In this document: piece after piece, positions 1 through 10,800 of the stretch
Layout: every line of letters starts with the position of its first letter
How positions within the stretch are numbered: the stretch's first letter is position 1
Source of the DNA: Penicillus capitatus
Taxonomy: Eukaryota > Plantae > Chlorophyta
Assembly (NCBI GenBank): GCA_965649825.1
Contig: OZ287702.1
Coordinates: forward strand, 1,168,786 to 1,232,785
Length of the DNA stretch: 64,000 nucleotides
Reading direction: 5' to 3'
Translations under genes and position numbers: made by a program
The notes under the pieces: model-generated
Told to the model about the DNA's origin: nothing
What the model saw: only the letters and a program-made list of their open reading frames with translations
The model's database searches: none

Positions 1-165
1 AAGATCTGCCATGAGGATCTGGTGCCACAGATTGATGCATTCTTCGAAGAAGTCTTCGTCATGTGCGAAGACAGAGAAGTGCGCCACAATAGACTGAGGC
101 TCTTACGCGCTGTTGCTTCTCTGCCTTCCGGTATTATGGATTTCTCAGAGCTTCCTGGAATGTAG
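1..165 (+). CDS. 3' end of organellar (bacterial-type) glycyl-tRNA synthetase, partial, runs off window start
   Basis: Frame 1 reads KICHEDLVPQIDAFFEEVFVMCEDREVRHNRLRLLRAVASLPSGIMDFSELPGM-TAG, matching the GlyRS beta-chain/plant EDD1 C-terminal pattern (FF..VFVM.E...R.NRL.LL..I..LP.G..D.S.LPG). Not in the supplied ORF track. Confidence 0.85.
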   Translation, partial: KICHEDLVPQIDAFFEEVFVMCEDREVRHNRLRLLRAVASLPSGIMDFSELPGM

Positions 166-232
166 CAAAGTCGATTTTGTTACAAATTAAAGGCAGTATT
201 ATCGAGAAGAGATTCACAGAGGGCTTATGCTC

Positions 233-1351
233 TTATGCCCAAATGGCCAATACAGACATGGCACCGAAGCCCAGAAACATAACGGCCATTTTGCTTGCAA
301 CGTGCTCAGCGTTTGACAGTTCACTAGGGATGATCTCCATCATGGCCACATAGAGGAAAGTGCCCGATGCTAGAGAGCTCAACGAAGCAGCACCGATGCC
401 TTTGCTTACTTCAGATAGACCAAATCCAACGAGAATTCCGACAGGCGATGCGACAGAAAAACACCCAGTTACTTTCCAAAATCGCGATGCGGATGATTGG
501 CTGTCTACCAGACTTGCTCCCAGTGCATACGCCGCCAGACCTTTATGTGCAGCAATGGCAATCAGCACATCCTTCGATGCATCGATCGTCTGCTGTGCCC
601 CGAGGGCCAGTCCTTCGAGAACAGAATGCAAGGATAGGGCCAGTCCCAGAAAAAGCGCTGTCAGAAACGATACGCGCGCATGGCTCTCTTCCTCTTTCTG
701 CAGATCACCCATTTCAAGGGCCTGCATCTCCAATGGCTCTTGTACAATCTTTCTTGACGCTGCCTTCCAGATACGCCCTGCAGAGGCGGTGACAAAAGCG
801 TGGATACATCTGCGGTCGGTCGTACTGTTATTCGATGTGCTGTGGTTCTCTTCTGGTTCTTCAATGGCATCTGATCCGACGTGTTCCGGTCGGAGCAATG
901 ACGAGCCATTCGTGTGATGATGCATGCGACGTGACAGATACGATGCATACTGATCGGCTGTCAGTGTCAATAAGTATCCAAAGGCGCAGAGAAATGGCGC
1001 GAGTGGAAAGTTCGGTACGGCTCTTTGTGTTTCGGGCAATGCGTCTGCCAACAGATGACAGAAACAGGCAGAGAGCATCACTACATCACTCTTTTCTCAC
1101 ACAAATAATAGAAAAGTGACATGACCTCCTGCACTCAACATGTTTCCCAGTTGGAACACAAAACTCCGTTCGTTGCCAGCAGCGCGTCCACGAACAGAGA
1201 GATGTCTCGGCAGATAGGACCCTGTCACGTCATCACTCAAAATACATAGATAAAAAGAGTGTGAAGACACACCTCCAAGGGCAACAATCAAAAGCATGAA
1301 CGCCGACCCGGCGTCAAATAGGAATCGCTCCCACGTGTTCGATGACACCAT
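233..1351 (-). CDS. ZIP-family zinc/iron transporter, spliced
   Basis: ORF 233-1081 has ZIP motifs (LSLHSVLEGLALG, AIAAHKGLAAYALG, SGTFLYVAMMEIIPSEL). The upstream exon probably starts MVSSNTWERF at the ATG at 1351. Exon boundaries not fully resolved. Confidence 0.9.
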
Positions 1352-1461
1352 TTTAATCTCGACCTGTAGTGCGTTCACGGTTCCTGTAAAAACTTCGGCG
1401 GAGTCGAAGCAAAAAACAAAGAACACTCGGATGGACGAACGATGTAGATGTTACATCGCAA

Positions 1462-2835
1462 ATGCAGGACAGCGCGCATTTAAGAACCGCCGTTATGAAG
1501 ACAGGAACTGCGCGATCCCTTTTGCCTGGCAGGGCACCGAGATGGCGTTATGTGGAAAGAGCCCCGCCAGCGCGTCGAAGGACTGGAGTCGTTCGCAGCG
1601 GTGGTGGTAATTTGGACGCTCTGCTGAATGAGATCCTCGAAAAGCACCAAAGCCTCTTCGGGGAGGCGGAAGATGGAGATGGTGAAGAGGAAGAAAGCGC
1701 AATGAAAAGGATGCTGATTGAGAACCAAGACTATGCAGATCGACAAGATGTATGGCCCGATGGCCAAGACGATTCTGAATATATACGCGTGCCACCTTTG
1801 AACATTGTATGCTCAGCCAGATGCCTGCCAACAGTAAAGATATCTCCTGTGTTGCCTCAGGGACCTGACCCGAAAAAAGGATCCATCGGGCAACAGGTCA
1901 GTTTTGATTATCAAAAGGCGATGCTCACAGATGCAGTCGATCCCGATCACATGCGTTACTGGTTCACGACCCCACCTGGTGGTCCATCACGTTGGGAGGT
2001 ATCAAAGACGAAAGGATGTGACTTGGGCAGGTGGATGGAATACGAGAACGAGGGTGGTAAAGAAACCGAGAGAGCTGCCAGGATTCTTTGCCAATGCACG
2101 GAACAGAAGCAGAAACCGGGTAGGTCGGCGACGTGCTGATGCTATGCCGATGAGTGTTTTGCAGCCAAGCATTTCGGAGTTAGAATTAGGGCAGAAGATA
2201 CGTGGCGTCGTGTCAGAAGTGTGGCTTTATCACGGAATCAAAGTGGACATTGGTTACGATTACGATGGGTCCGTCCCATCTCTCACACTTTTCAGACCCC
2301 TCATATCTTTTTCAGTTTGCTGCCTATGAAGAAAGAAACGTGGCCCGTTTTCGGAAACAAACTGGATGTGGGAGACAGATTGGATGTGGCCATTGCAAAA
2401 ATCTGGAACAAAGATTTCTATCGTTGGCCTGTGCAGCTGCGAGCACTGAGTTCTGAAATCCAGCAATACATGTCGAATCCCACTTCCTTTTTTCGCATCT
2501 CCTTATCTGCATACCAGGATTCCTGTGAAGAAATGGGACCCGCCAGTGGACATGAGAGGGAAGAGTATTGAAGAGATTGAGAGACATACCAGCAGACGAC
2601 TGCCGACAGAGTCATGGGTGCTGCCAGACGATGCACGACATGAAGGCCACCCCAAAAGTCGCACAAGGGTACCGACCATCTCGCTTTCGCTCAGCCTTTA
2701 GTGATCTCCCTGCAGAACCGTCGCGTTCGAAAGATCGTGACCTCGTTCGATCGTCGAAAGCCGGAACAGATCGAAGAAGATTACTACGATGACATGTACG
2801 ATGCGATTCTCGATCTGAGAGTCGGCGATGTGTGA
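1462..2835 (+). CDS. Plastid-targeted S1 RNA-binding domain protein, pTAC10/PAP3-like, spliced
   Basis: R/A/T-rich N-terminal transit peptide. Spliced S1 domain LELGQKIRGVVSEVWLYHGIKVDIGYDYDG..LPMKKETW...LDVGDRLDVAIAKIWNKDFYRWPVQLR resembles the pTAC10 S1 region as I recall it. The last exon ends DAILDLRVGDV-TGA at 2835. Confidence 0.6.
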
Positions 2836-2882
2836 TGGACGAAAGAAGGATGGTTCAAAAAGGCATCGCCCAAACATGACAT

Positions 2883-3678
2883 TCATTTTCCACGCTTTCC
2901 CTCTTTGAGTTTGATCTTTTCATCGATAAAGCGAATGCCTTTGCCCTTGTAAGGCTCGGGTGGTCGCTTGGATCGAATGACGGCAGCGAAGTTGCCAACG
3001 ATGACCTTGTCAAATCCGCTGATGATGATTTTGGTTGTCTCCTCCACCTTTCATCATATATGGATGGCTACGACATGGGTGTCGGCAGAAATGCCTCACC
3101 TTTACTTTGACGCCTTTCGGAATATCCAGATAGACAGGGTGGCAGTATCCAATGCTCAAATTGAGCATCTCTCCCTCCACCGCTGCACGATAACCGACAC
3201 CGTTCATCAGCAATATCTTCTCGTATCCTTTGGACACGCCGATGAACATGTTGTTGCAGAGAGCGCGTGACAGTCCATGCATCGCCTTGGATTTCTTATG
3301 GTCTGTCACTCTTTTGACAATGATCTTTCCCTCAGCCTGATGGATATATGAGCTTTCTAAAGAATCAGTGGAGAGGCATACCTCGATCAACTCTACGTCA
3401 GCGGGAAACTCTCTCTCCAATTCACCAAGTGGACCCTAAAAGCATGCGTCTGATCGCCGACGGTTGAGATCGGAAGACCACACGACCTTGACAGCGAGGT
3501 GCAGACCCTCGAGTTTGTAATCGACACCGGACGGAATCGGTACAGGGAGTTTGCCGATCCGCGATTCGCCGCAGACGACACGCAACGTGGATGATCGTCC
3601 AGTAGCCCGAGTCGAGGCCGTAGCGTACTGACTGCCGCTGCTCTTTGTTGTATACAGAGGCGCACCGCGTAAGAACAT
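2883..3678 (-). CDS. RPL6: Plastid 50S ribosomal protein L6 (nuclear-encoded), spliced
   Basis: Transit peptide followed by [25 protein letters not shown], and a last exon [24 protein letters not shown]...KEGKRGK-TGA. Confidence 0.93.
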
Positions 3679-3799
3679 GATTGGCCTTCAAGGCGTCGCT
3701 TCTCGGCCTTAATAAACCGTTCGGGGGTCATTACAGCACATTATCCAGAGGACACAGCAGACCGACCCCTCATGCAGCCACTTGAGATCAAAGGATCGA

Positions 3800-5554
3800 C
3801 TAAGCAGCCAGCGCTTGTTCGCTTGCCAGAGTGATTCTGTCATGCATGTCTTGTCTAAAGTGCCTGATGAGTCCCTGGATAGGCCAGGCGGCAGCATCTC
3901 CCAAGGCACAGATGGTATGGCCTTCGATCTGCTTAGAGACATCCCATAGCATTTCGATTTCTTCAATGAGAGCATCTCCCTTCACCATGCGCTTCATGAC
4001 ATCATAGATCCAACCTGTCCCTTCACGGCAGGGAGTGCACTGCCCACAGCTCTCATGCTTGTAGAAGTAAGAAATTCTGCTCAGACAGCATTGAGCGACA
4101 CCGTCAGCAAAAGGAAGGGTAGAAGGCACCTGCAGATGGCATCGATGATATCCGTGGAGTTGTCCATAACGATCACGGCAGCAGTGCCCAGTCCTGTCTC
4201 CACAGCCTTCAGAGCATCGAAGTCCATCAAGACATCGTCGCAGATGTGCTTGGGGATCAATGGAACGGAAGAGCCGCCAGGAATGACGGCTTTCAAGTTA
4301 TCCCAACCACCTCTCACGCCACCTGCAGCATGAAAACCGAGTAAGATGCTTCTAGGGAAGGCCAACCAGCTGACCCGCGTGTTTTTCGATGAGGTATCTG
4401 AGAGGAATGGACATTTCTTCTTCCACCGTACACGGTTTGTTAACGTGTCCACTGATGCAGTAGAGCTTTGTCCCAGAGTTGTTCTTTCTGCCGAACGATG
4501 CAAACCACTCTCCACCGCGGCGAAGAATCGTCGGTGCAACAGCTACTGTTTCCACATTGGTCACAGTCGTCGGACATCCATAGAGACCCATGTTTGCCGG
4601 AAACGGAGGCTTCAATCGCGGTTTTCCCTGCTTTCCTGCGCATCTCCCAACATGACACGCAGATCTAACAGATCGAGCGTCACATCACCTTCAAGAGACT
4701 CAAGCAAGGCCGTCTCTTCTCCACAGATGTACGCCCCAGCACCATAGTGTACCATCACATCGTAGTCATAACCGCTTCCACACGCATCCTTTCCAATCAA
4801 TCCCTTCTCGTATGCTTCTTCGATTGCTCGTTCCAATGCCAAACGCTCATTCACGTACTCTCCTCTACAGAGTGCACAACCGTCATAGTGTACCACAGCA
4901 GTCGGCGATTGTGCCTGATGTAGATGTATGCAGCTCTGGCCTGCATTGCGAAACCGGCCACAAGACATCCCTCGATCAACTTGTGTGGATCGTGACGCAT
5001 AATTTCGCGATCTTTGCACGTTCCAGGTTCCGATTCATCTGCATTGATGACGAGGAAGGATGGACGGGGATCATTCTACATGTGTGCCCCCATGCCCTCG
5101 TCACATCTCACTCGCCATCGCATTCAGACACGGTTACCTTGGGCATAAAACTCCATTTGAGGCCGGAATTGAATCCAGCGCCGCCGCGACCACGTAGACC
5201 AGATTTCTTGATCTGATCGATGATCCAGTCCGATCCCTTTGCCAAAATATCTTTCGTTCGATACCAGTCTCCACGTTTCAGAGATCCCTACACATGTGTC
5301 TCCACACATCGTCCGTCTATCGACCCCCATGTGATGCAGCAACTTGAAGAAACGGATCGTGCTGTCCGTAGAGATTCGTAAAAATACGGTCCTCGTCTTT
5401 CAGGTCACCAAAACTGGTTTTCTGCGTCGCCTCTGAGCTAAATGCCTTTGTAAAGCTGACAGACACGACAGGCGTCGCATGAGACGTCCCGGAACACTTT
5501 TCTCGAGAACCTGTTTCGAAACGTCCCACAGAGACGTAGCGAACGACGTAACAT
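3800..5554 (-). CDS. NDUFV1: NADH:ubiquinone oxidoreductase 51 kDa flavoprotein subunit, multi-exon
   Basis: [78 protein letters not shown]. Start is [10 protein letters not shown], followed by a ~55 bp GT-AG intron. Confidence 0.97.
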
Positions 5555-5928
5555 GTTGGTTCGTTCGTGTCTGTCCGCGACGGACTCGACTCGAGGGGTA
5601 TCGAATGAAGATCCGCTTCTGCAAGCAGAGCCGTCGTTGATGGGACGTCCGTGCGTCATGTCTGACTGTATCTACGAGGTCCATCTGTCTATTTGACACA
5701 CGGTCACCATTATCTCAACGCTTTTGTCTTGATACCGAAATTCAACCATGCACAAAGTACCCCTATCACCAATGAGCGCAATTCGTTAAAGGTCGTCTTG
5801 GACAGAAACGTGTTCGCGTTGCTCAGAAACCAAAGTGCGGAGCGGCAGGCCTCGAAGTGCGACAACCCTAGAGACCGAGCCGGCTAACAGCTGTTTGTTT
5901 GGTCCCTTAGTTAACGCCGTCGTTTCAG

Positions 5929-6566
5929 TCTCCATTCAAACCGACCTATAGCTCTTTGCCGAGAGTCATACGTTCTCGCATTGCCAAAGCGACGCTACCG
6001 CCAAAAAGCAAACAGAAAAAGACGGAAGATAAGGAGCCATCCAACCAGCCCATTGCTCGTAGCCACAGCGGCAAAGTGGCCCTCGGACCATGGTAAGTGT
6101 GGGACCCTGACTGAATCTTGTGTCGTGCATACATACGAGTGGGAAGGAGGTTTTCTCTCTTTTGTCGTTGTCTCGTTCTCTGCGTCACTCTGACTCGATC
6201 AGGAGTGGCGCCTTTGGGCATGATAAGCAAGAGAACGTTTCGCCTGATGCTAATCCTGTTCTTTACATCGATCGTGCTGGCAGTACGCACAAGGAATTGG
6301 ATAAGGCACAGGAAAATGGAACGGATGAGGTGCCAATGCCCAAGGGACATCGCAAGGGAACGATTTTGACAGCATCGCCATCTGCGTTGCCAGTCATCCC
6401 GCCGCCAGATGACGCAACGTTGAAGCACCATAGTCGAGAAGTCGCCACACTGCAACAAAAACCGATCGTGGCACACTGGGGCAGATCTGCCTGCGGAAAA
6501 CAGGCATGCAAAGGAAGAGCCACGGCCAGAATCGGTTTTATCAATCAACCCAAGAGAGGCTTGTAA
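5929..6566 (+). CDS. Probable hypothetical protein; only two exons resolved, ends uncertain
   Basis: A GTAAGT donor at ~6092 and a pyrimidine-rich CTGAC...CAG acceptor at ~6201 join ...RSHSGKVALGPW in frame to SGAFGHDKQENVSP of ORF 6120-6566. No recognisable domain. Confidence 0.35.
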
Positions 6567-7179
6567 AGTGACGTGTCTGCTGCCCTCTCTGTCTTTCTTT
6601 CATTCGCAGATTGAATGCTCCACCCCCAACAATGACGATTTCCGTTTCTCTCTTACCCACGATTGTTTTTTGCTGATGGACGTTACCTCGATTCGACAAT
6701 GTCTGTGGACTGAAAACGAATGTTTAGCTGGCTGTACTGACGGGGAATAAGATGTAAGGTTGCTGCTGATCTGATAGATATGGGAGATGTCAGACGGGAG
6801 GTCCTTCGATGGAAGCATTCTTAAAACACATGTTTGAAAAAGGAATCAATCCGCCGTGTGCGTGTGCGTTCACCCAATCGTCCATCCGTCCGTCCCGCTC
6901 ATGATCGTGACGGCGATGCACTCCACAATGAAACACAGAGAAAGAGAAAAAATGTCAAGGGATTGGCAGAACTCAATACACGTTCCGGGGAAACGGTAAG
7001 ATTCTTGCATTGTTCTTGAGGAATGGGGCCTTCTTTCGGCCATTCGAATAACAAAAAAGCGTTATGAACATGCTCTTTAATGCAATTGAGGTACATACAG
7101 AGTTCACCCTCTGCGTTCATATGTCGTTGCTTTCAAGAAAAACAATCATTTCAAAGGGGCTATTCACAGAAACCGACAG

Positions 7180-10077
7180 TTACTTGCGCTGGGTATTCAG
7201 ATGTGCACTGTCGTCCTGGTGAAAAAGTAAGCCCATGGGGCACAGATTTCGTCCATCGGATGGCTCCCCCGTATTGTGATCCGATGTGTGTTGATCTTCT
7301 GAATCATCGGACCATCCACAACTGCCATCAGAGGAATCGGATGAACCGCTTCTGGAAGATACAGCGTGCTGATGGGCGCTTGGCAGTTCAGCAAGAATAG
7401 ATTTCATCATTTCAAACGTGTTCTTTCGTGCAATCTCGCGATGCATGTGCGTGGCGTCATCACTACGGCCATGCTGAGCTTGTTGCCGTTTCTCCTTTGG
7501 ATGCCTCCTGGAAGAACAGGTACTGTGATGTGACGGACCATCTTCGCCCTTGTTTCTGAACCATTGACGCCAGATGAAGTACGATAGTCCACATGCGAAG
7601 AGGAGCAGTAGAAACACTGCTGGAATAAACAACGCATAAATAGGGACGGTGACGGATGTCGAATCGCCACGGGTCATGACATTACTGGCAACTGCGTTTT
7701 TCTGGTTATGAGGAAATCCTGCATCTTTACGATTTAGTACAGTATTGCAGCCATAGCCGCAATGGTGCGTCTTGTTTTGATTCTCCAGAGCAACTTGGAG
7801 TATGCGTTTCGTTTCGATCAAATCGTTTTTCGTTCCGAGAGTGATGGGACACATATCAGGTCGAGCGTCTTCGAGATGGCATAGGCCTTCTTCTTCGGCC
7901 GTCGGGGGATTGCACAGTTCTGTAGATCCCAGAACGTCCAATGGTTGTCTTTTATTGGCATCTGTCGTCGAGACATCTGCCCCTGCGTTCAATAAGGACG
8001 TGACAGAGGAAGGGCGCACGCAGGCTGAGGCAAAATGAAGTGGCGATCGAACATCGGCATTGAGTGTTTCGATAGCTGCGCCATCGACGGAGAGCAGCTC
8101 CAAGAGAATACGATGGTCGACGCCTCTGGCGGCCAGATGGACAGGTGTGTTGCCGAACTTGTCCGATGCATTGACGTTAGCACTGTGCTCCAACAGCAAT
8201 CGTACTGCTCCTTGATGGGCACGGTCCACAGCTAGGTGAAGTGCTGTCCATCCGAGCTTGTTCGGAACCGCGACAAGCTGTCCATAGATACTCACTGGCA
8301 TCCTTTTCTCACGAAAAGATGCGTCGTACTCCAGCAACTGTTTCATCACCGAAATCTGACGAAGACGTGTCGCCAAATGCAGCGCCGCCTCGCCAAAGGT
8401 ATCGGTCGTCAGATGTAGGGGAGAGATGATGGGCGCTAAGTTCGACGTGTCTATCAAGGAAGTCGCAAATTCTGCTTCTGCTGCTGCAAGGAGAATGTTG
8501 ATGACACCAGTATGTCCGTCCATTGCTGCCATGTGCAATGCTGTCTTGCCATCATTACGTGCAGTATCAATATCTGCGCCGTTCTCGATCAAGAGAGCTG
8601 CTGCATTCTGGTACCCCTCCGCGGCGGCGATCATGAGTGACGTCTCTCCAATGTTGCTGGCGGCGTCCACTCTGGCAGACGCCTGTAGCAGCCGCGAAAG
8701 AATAGCGATGTGACCTTCCTGTGCGGCGCTCATCAGTGGGGTCCAACCATGGATGTCGGCAATCTCCGTGTCCGCGCCTCGTTTTAGAAGCTCCTGTGTG
8801 ACTGGAACGTGGCCGTCTGCGGCTGCGACAAACAAAGCTGTCTCGCCCAGCTGATTCACAGCATTGATCGAAATGCCTCGATCCAACAAGAAAGGAACCA
8901 TTCGTGCTCTCCCCTTGTCGGCGGCAACGAACAGCGCTGTACACCCAGAAGCATCACGCACATCTTTCTCGGCTCCGTGTTCCAACAGAAGCTTTGCAAG
9001 GTATATATCGCCCCGTCCTGCAGCCAGGTGTAGAGGTGTCTGTTGTTGTATCGCATCGGGCACGTTAACGTCCACGATGGCGTCACTCCTGTCGTTTTCC
9101 AACAAGAATCGCACAAAATCTCCATATCCGTTTGCCGTGGCTGCCCACACAGGCGTCTCTTGGTCGTTGTTCGGAATATTCACATCGGCGCCGTAATCCA
9201 GCAACGCCTTGAGTACATCGGCACTGCCAGATGCCGCAGCAGATAGAAGTGGTGTCGTGCCCAACATGTCTTGCACATTTACGTTCTCCATCTCCGCCAG
9301 CAGCAGCCGCGTGATTTTGCCGTATCCTCTCAAAGCTGCTGCATGCAACGGCGTCTTGCCATCTCCATCTCGCATGTTGGCATTGGCCCCGTGCTTGAGC
9401 AAGTAGTCGACCACCTGCGTTCTGCCATAGAAACTCGCCCGATAGAGAGCTGTGTATCCCTGATCGTCCACGGCATCGATGGCAATTTCGGGAGACCGAC
9501 TGAGAATCTCTTTGACACCAACAATATCTCCAGCCTCTGCTGCGTCTCGGAGGTGCTGTTCTTCTTTGCGTTTCGCCGTTTCTAACCGTTCGTGCTTTGC
9601 CGCAGTGGCTCCAATTCCGTTTCTCTCGGCCCGTGTGTCGCCGAAGAAGCTTCCCGAGGTGACATCTGTGTCTCTTTGCGGCATTGCCCTCTCACTCGGA
9701 AGTAATTCTGCCGCCACTTCGGAATGCGTCATGTTCGTTGCCACGGAATACGGCGTCCGTCCGTTGTTATCTTCGATGCGCCTGTCGGCGCCAAAATCTA
9801 GTAGCAACTGCACAGAGTCGAGATCGCCGACGCGTGCTGCCAGCAACAGAGCTGTCTCTCCAGAGCCGTTCTGTCTGTTCACGTCGCATCCGGCCTTCAA
9901 CAGAAGAACAGCGATGTCCCGTTCCCCATTATGAATGGTGAGGTGCAGAGCCGTGTTGCCATCTGGACCGGCGGCGTTGATGTCGACTCTCCCTTCGTTA
10001 AGGAGGGATCGAACTTGGTCGATGTTGCCATGGTTGCAGGCGCTGAGTAATGCCTCCTCTGAATTCCCGTCTTCCAT
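7180..10077 (-). CDS. Long ankyrin-repeat protein with one transmembrane helix and a Ser/Asp-rich tail
   Basis: Single ORF with ~20 ankyrin repeats (G.T(P/A)LH.AA..G) and a hydrophobic segment VPIYALFIPAVFLLLLFACGLSYFIW. First in-frame ATG (MEDGNSEE) is at 10077. Confidence 0.88.
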   Translation of the reverse strand: MEDGNSEEALLSACNHGNIDQVRSLLNEGRVDINAAGPDGNTALHLTIHNGERDIAVLLLKAGCDVNRQNGSGETALLLAARVGDLDSVQLLLDFGADRRIEDNNGRTPYSVATNMTHSEVAAELLPSERAMPQRDTDVTSGSFFGDTRAERNGIGATAAKHERLETAKRKEEQHLRDAAEAGDIVGVKEILSRSPEIAIDAVDDQGYTALYRASFYGRTQVVDYLLKHGANANMRDGDGKTPLHAAALRGYGKITRLLLAEMENVNVQDMLGTTPLLSAAASGSADVLKALLDYGADVNIPNNDQETPVWAATANGYGDFVRFLLENDRSDAIVDVNVPDAIQQQTPLHLAAGRGDIYLAKLLLEHGAEKDVRDASGCTALFVAADKGRARMVPFLLDRGISINAVNQLGETALFVAAADGHVPVTQELLKRGADTEIADIHGWTPLMSAAQEGHIAILSRLLQASARVDAASNIGETSLMIAAAEGYQNAAALLIENGADIDTARNDGKTALHMAAMDGHTGVINILLAAAEAEFATSLIDTSNLAPIISPLHLTTDTFGEAALHLATRLRQISVMKQLLEYDASFREKRMPVSIYGQLVAVPNKLGWTALHLAVDRAHQGAVRLLLEHSANVNASDKFGNTPVHLAARGVDHRILLELLSVDGAAIETLNADVRSPLHFASACVRPSSVTSLLNAGADVSTTDANKRQPLDVLGSTELCNPPTAEEEGLCHLEDARPDMCPITLGTKNDLIETKRILQVALENQNKTHHCGYGCNTVLNRKDAGFPHNQKNAVASNVMTRGDSTSVTVPIYALFIPAVFLLLLFACGLSYFIWRQWFRNKGEDGPSHHSTCSSRRHPKEKRQQAQHGRSDDATHMHREIARKNTFEMMKSILAELPSAHQHAVSSRSGSSDSSDGSCGWSDDSEDQHTSDHNTGEPSDGRNLCPMGLLFHQDDSAHLNTQRK

Positions 10078-10800
10078 GCCCTGAGTGATGGAGGGCACCA
10101 AACGGTTAGTAGAATTGCACCTGGTGGGTGAGAAGAGAGAAAACGCGAAATCTTCGCTGCGATAGACGGTCGTGGTGTATCGCGCGAACACCACATACAC
10201 TGAGCGTGGGAGGGACGTCACATCAACGATGAGGTTTAGCGTGAAGGGGGTGGGGCTTGTGCAAAGTCGCGTCTTTTAAACGTGACCGTGTTTCGACCTC
10301 GACCACGTCCCCTCAACCTGATTCTCTGTCATCTGAGTTTATGATCTGATCAAAACCCGACCAGATCAGTTGACGTGTGACCATTGTCAGATCCACCTCA
10401 AAGCTTTCGTCCGTTGTCTTCCTCAGACCCACTCGGCGGCGCGCTCATTCGCGTTTATTTCTCAACCTCTCAAATCGTCCCGAATGTTCTTGACAGGCGA
10501 AGATTTGGAAAGGCTAAATGGTTGTTCTTCTGCAGCTAAAACTGCAGCCTTGAATCCACTTTCACAGCAGTCGGCACCAATAGATGTCAATTCTTCAGGA
10601 ACAAACTAACGCGGAAGGAAAACACTTGCTGTAAAATTGAAGAATCCACTCCTGGCAAAGCACATACTCTGAAACTACTCTTATGTGGTATCACTTAACC
10701 ATTTGGGTGCAGTAAAGATTCAAACTGTAAGCATTCTCTTCGTTCATTCTCTGGGTAGAAGGTGGTTCAACGATCCTGGGAATTTCTCATTGAAATTGAC

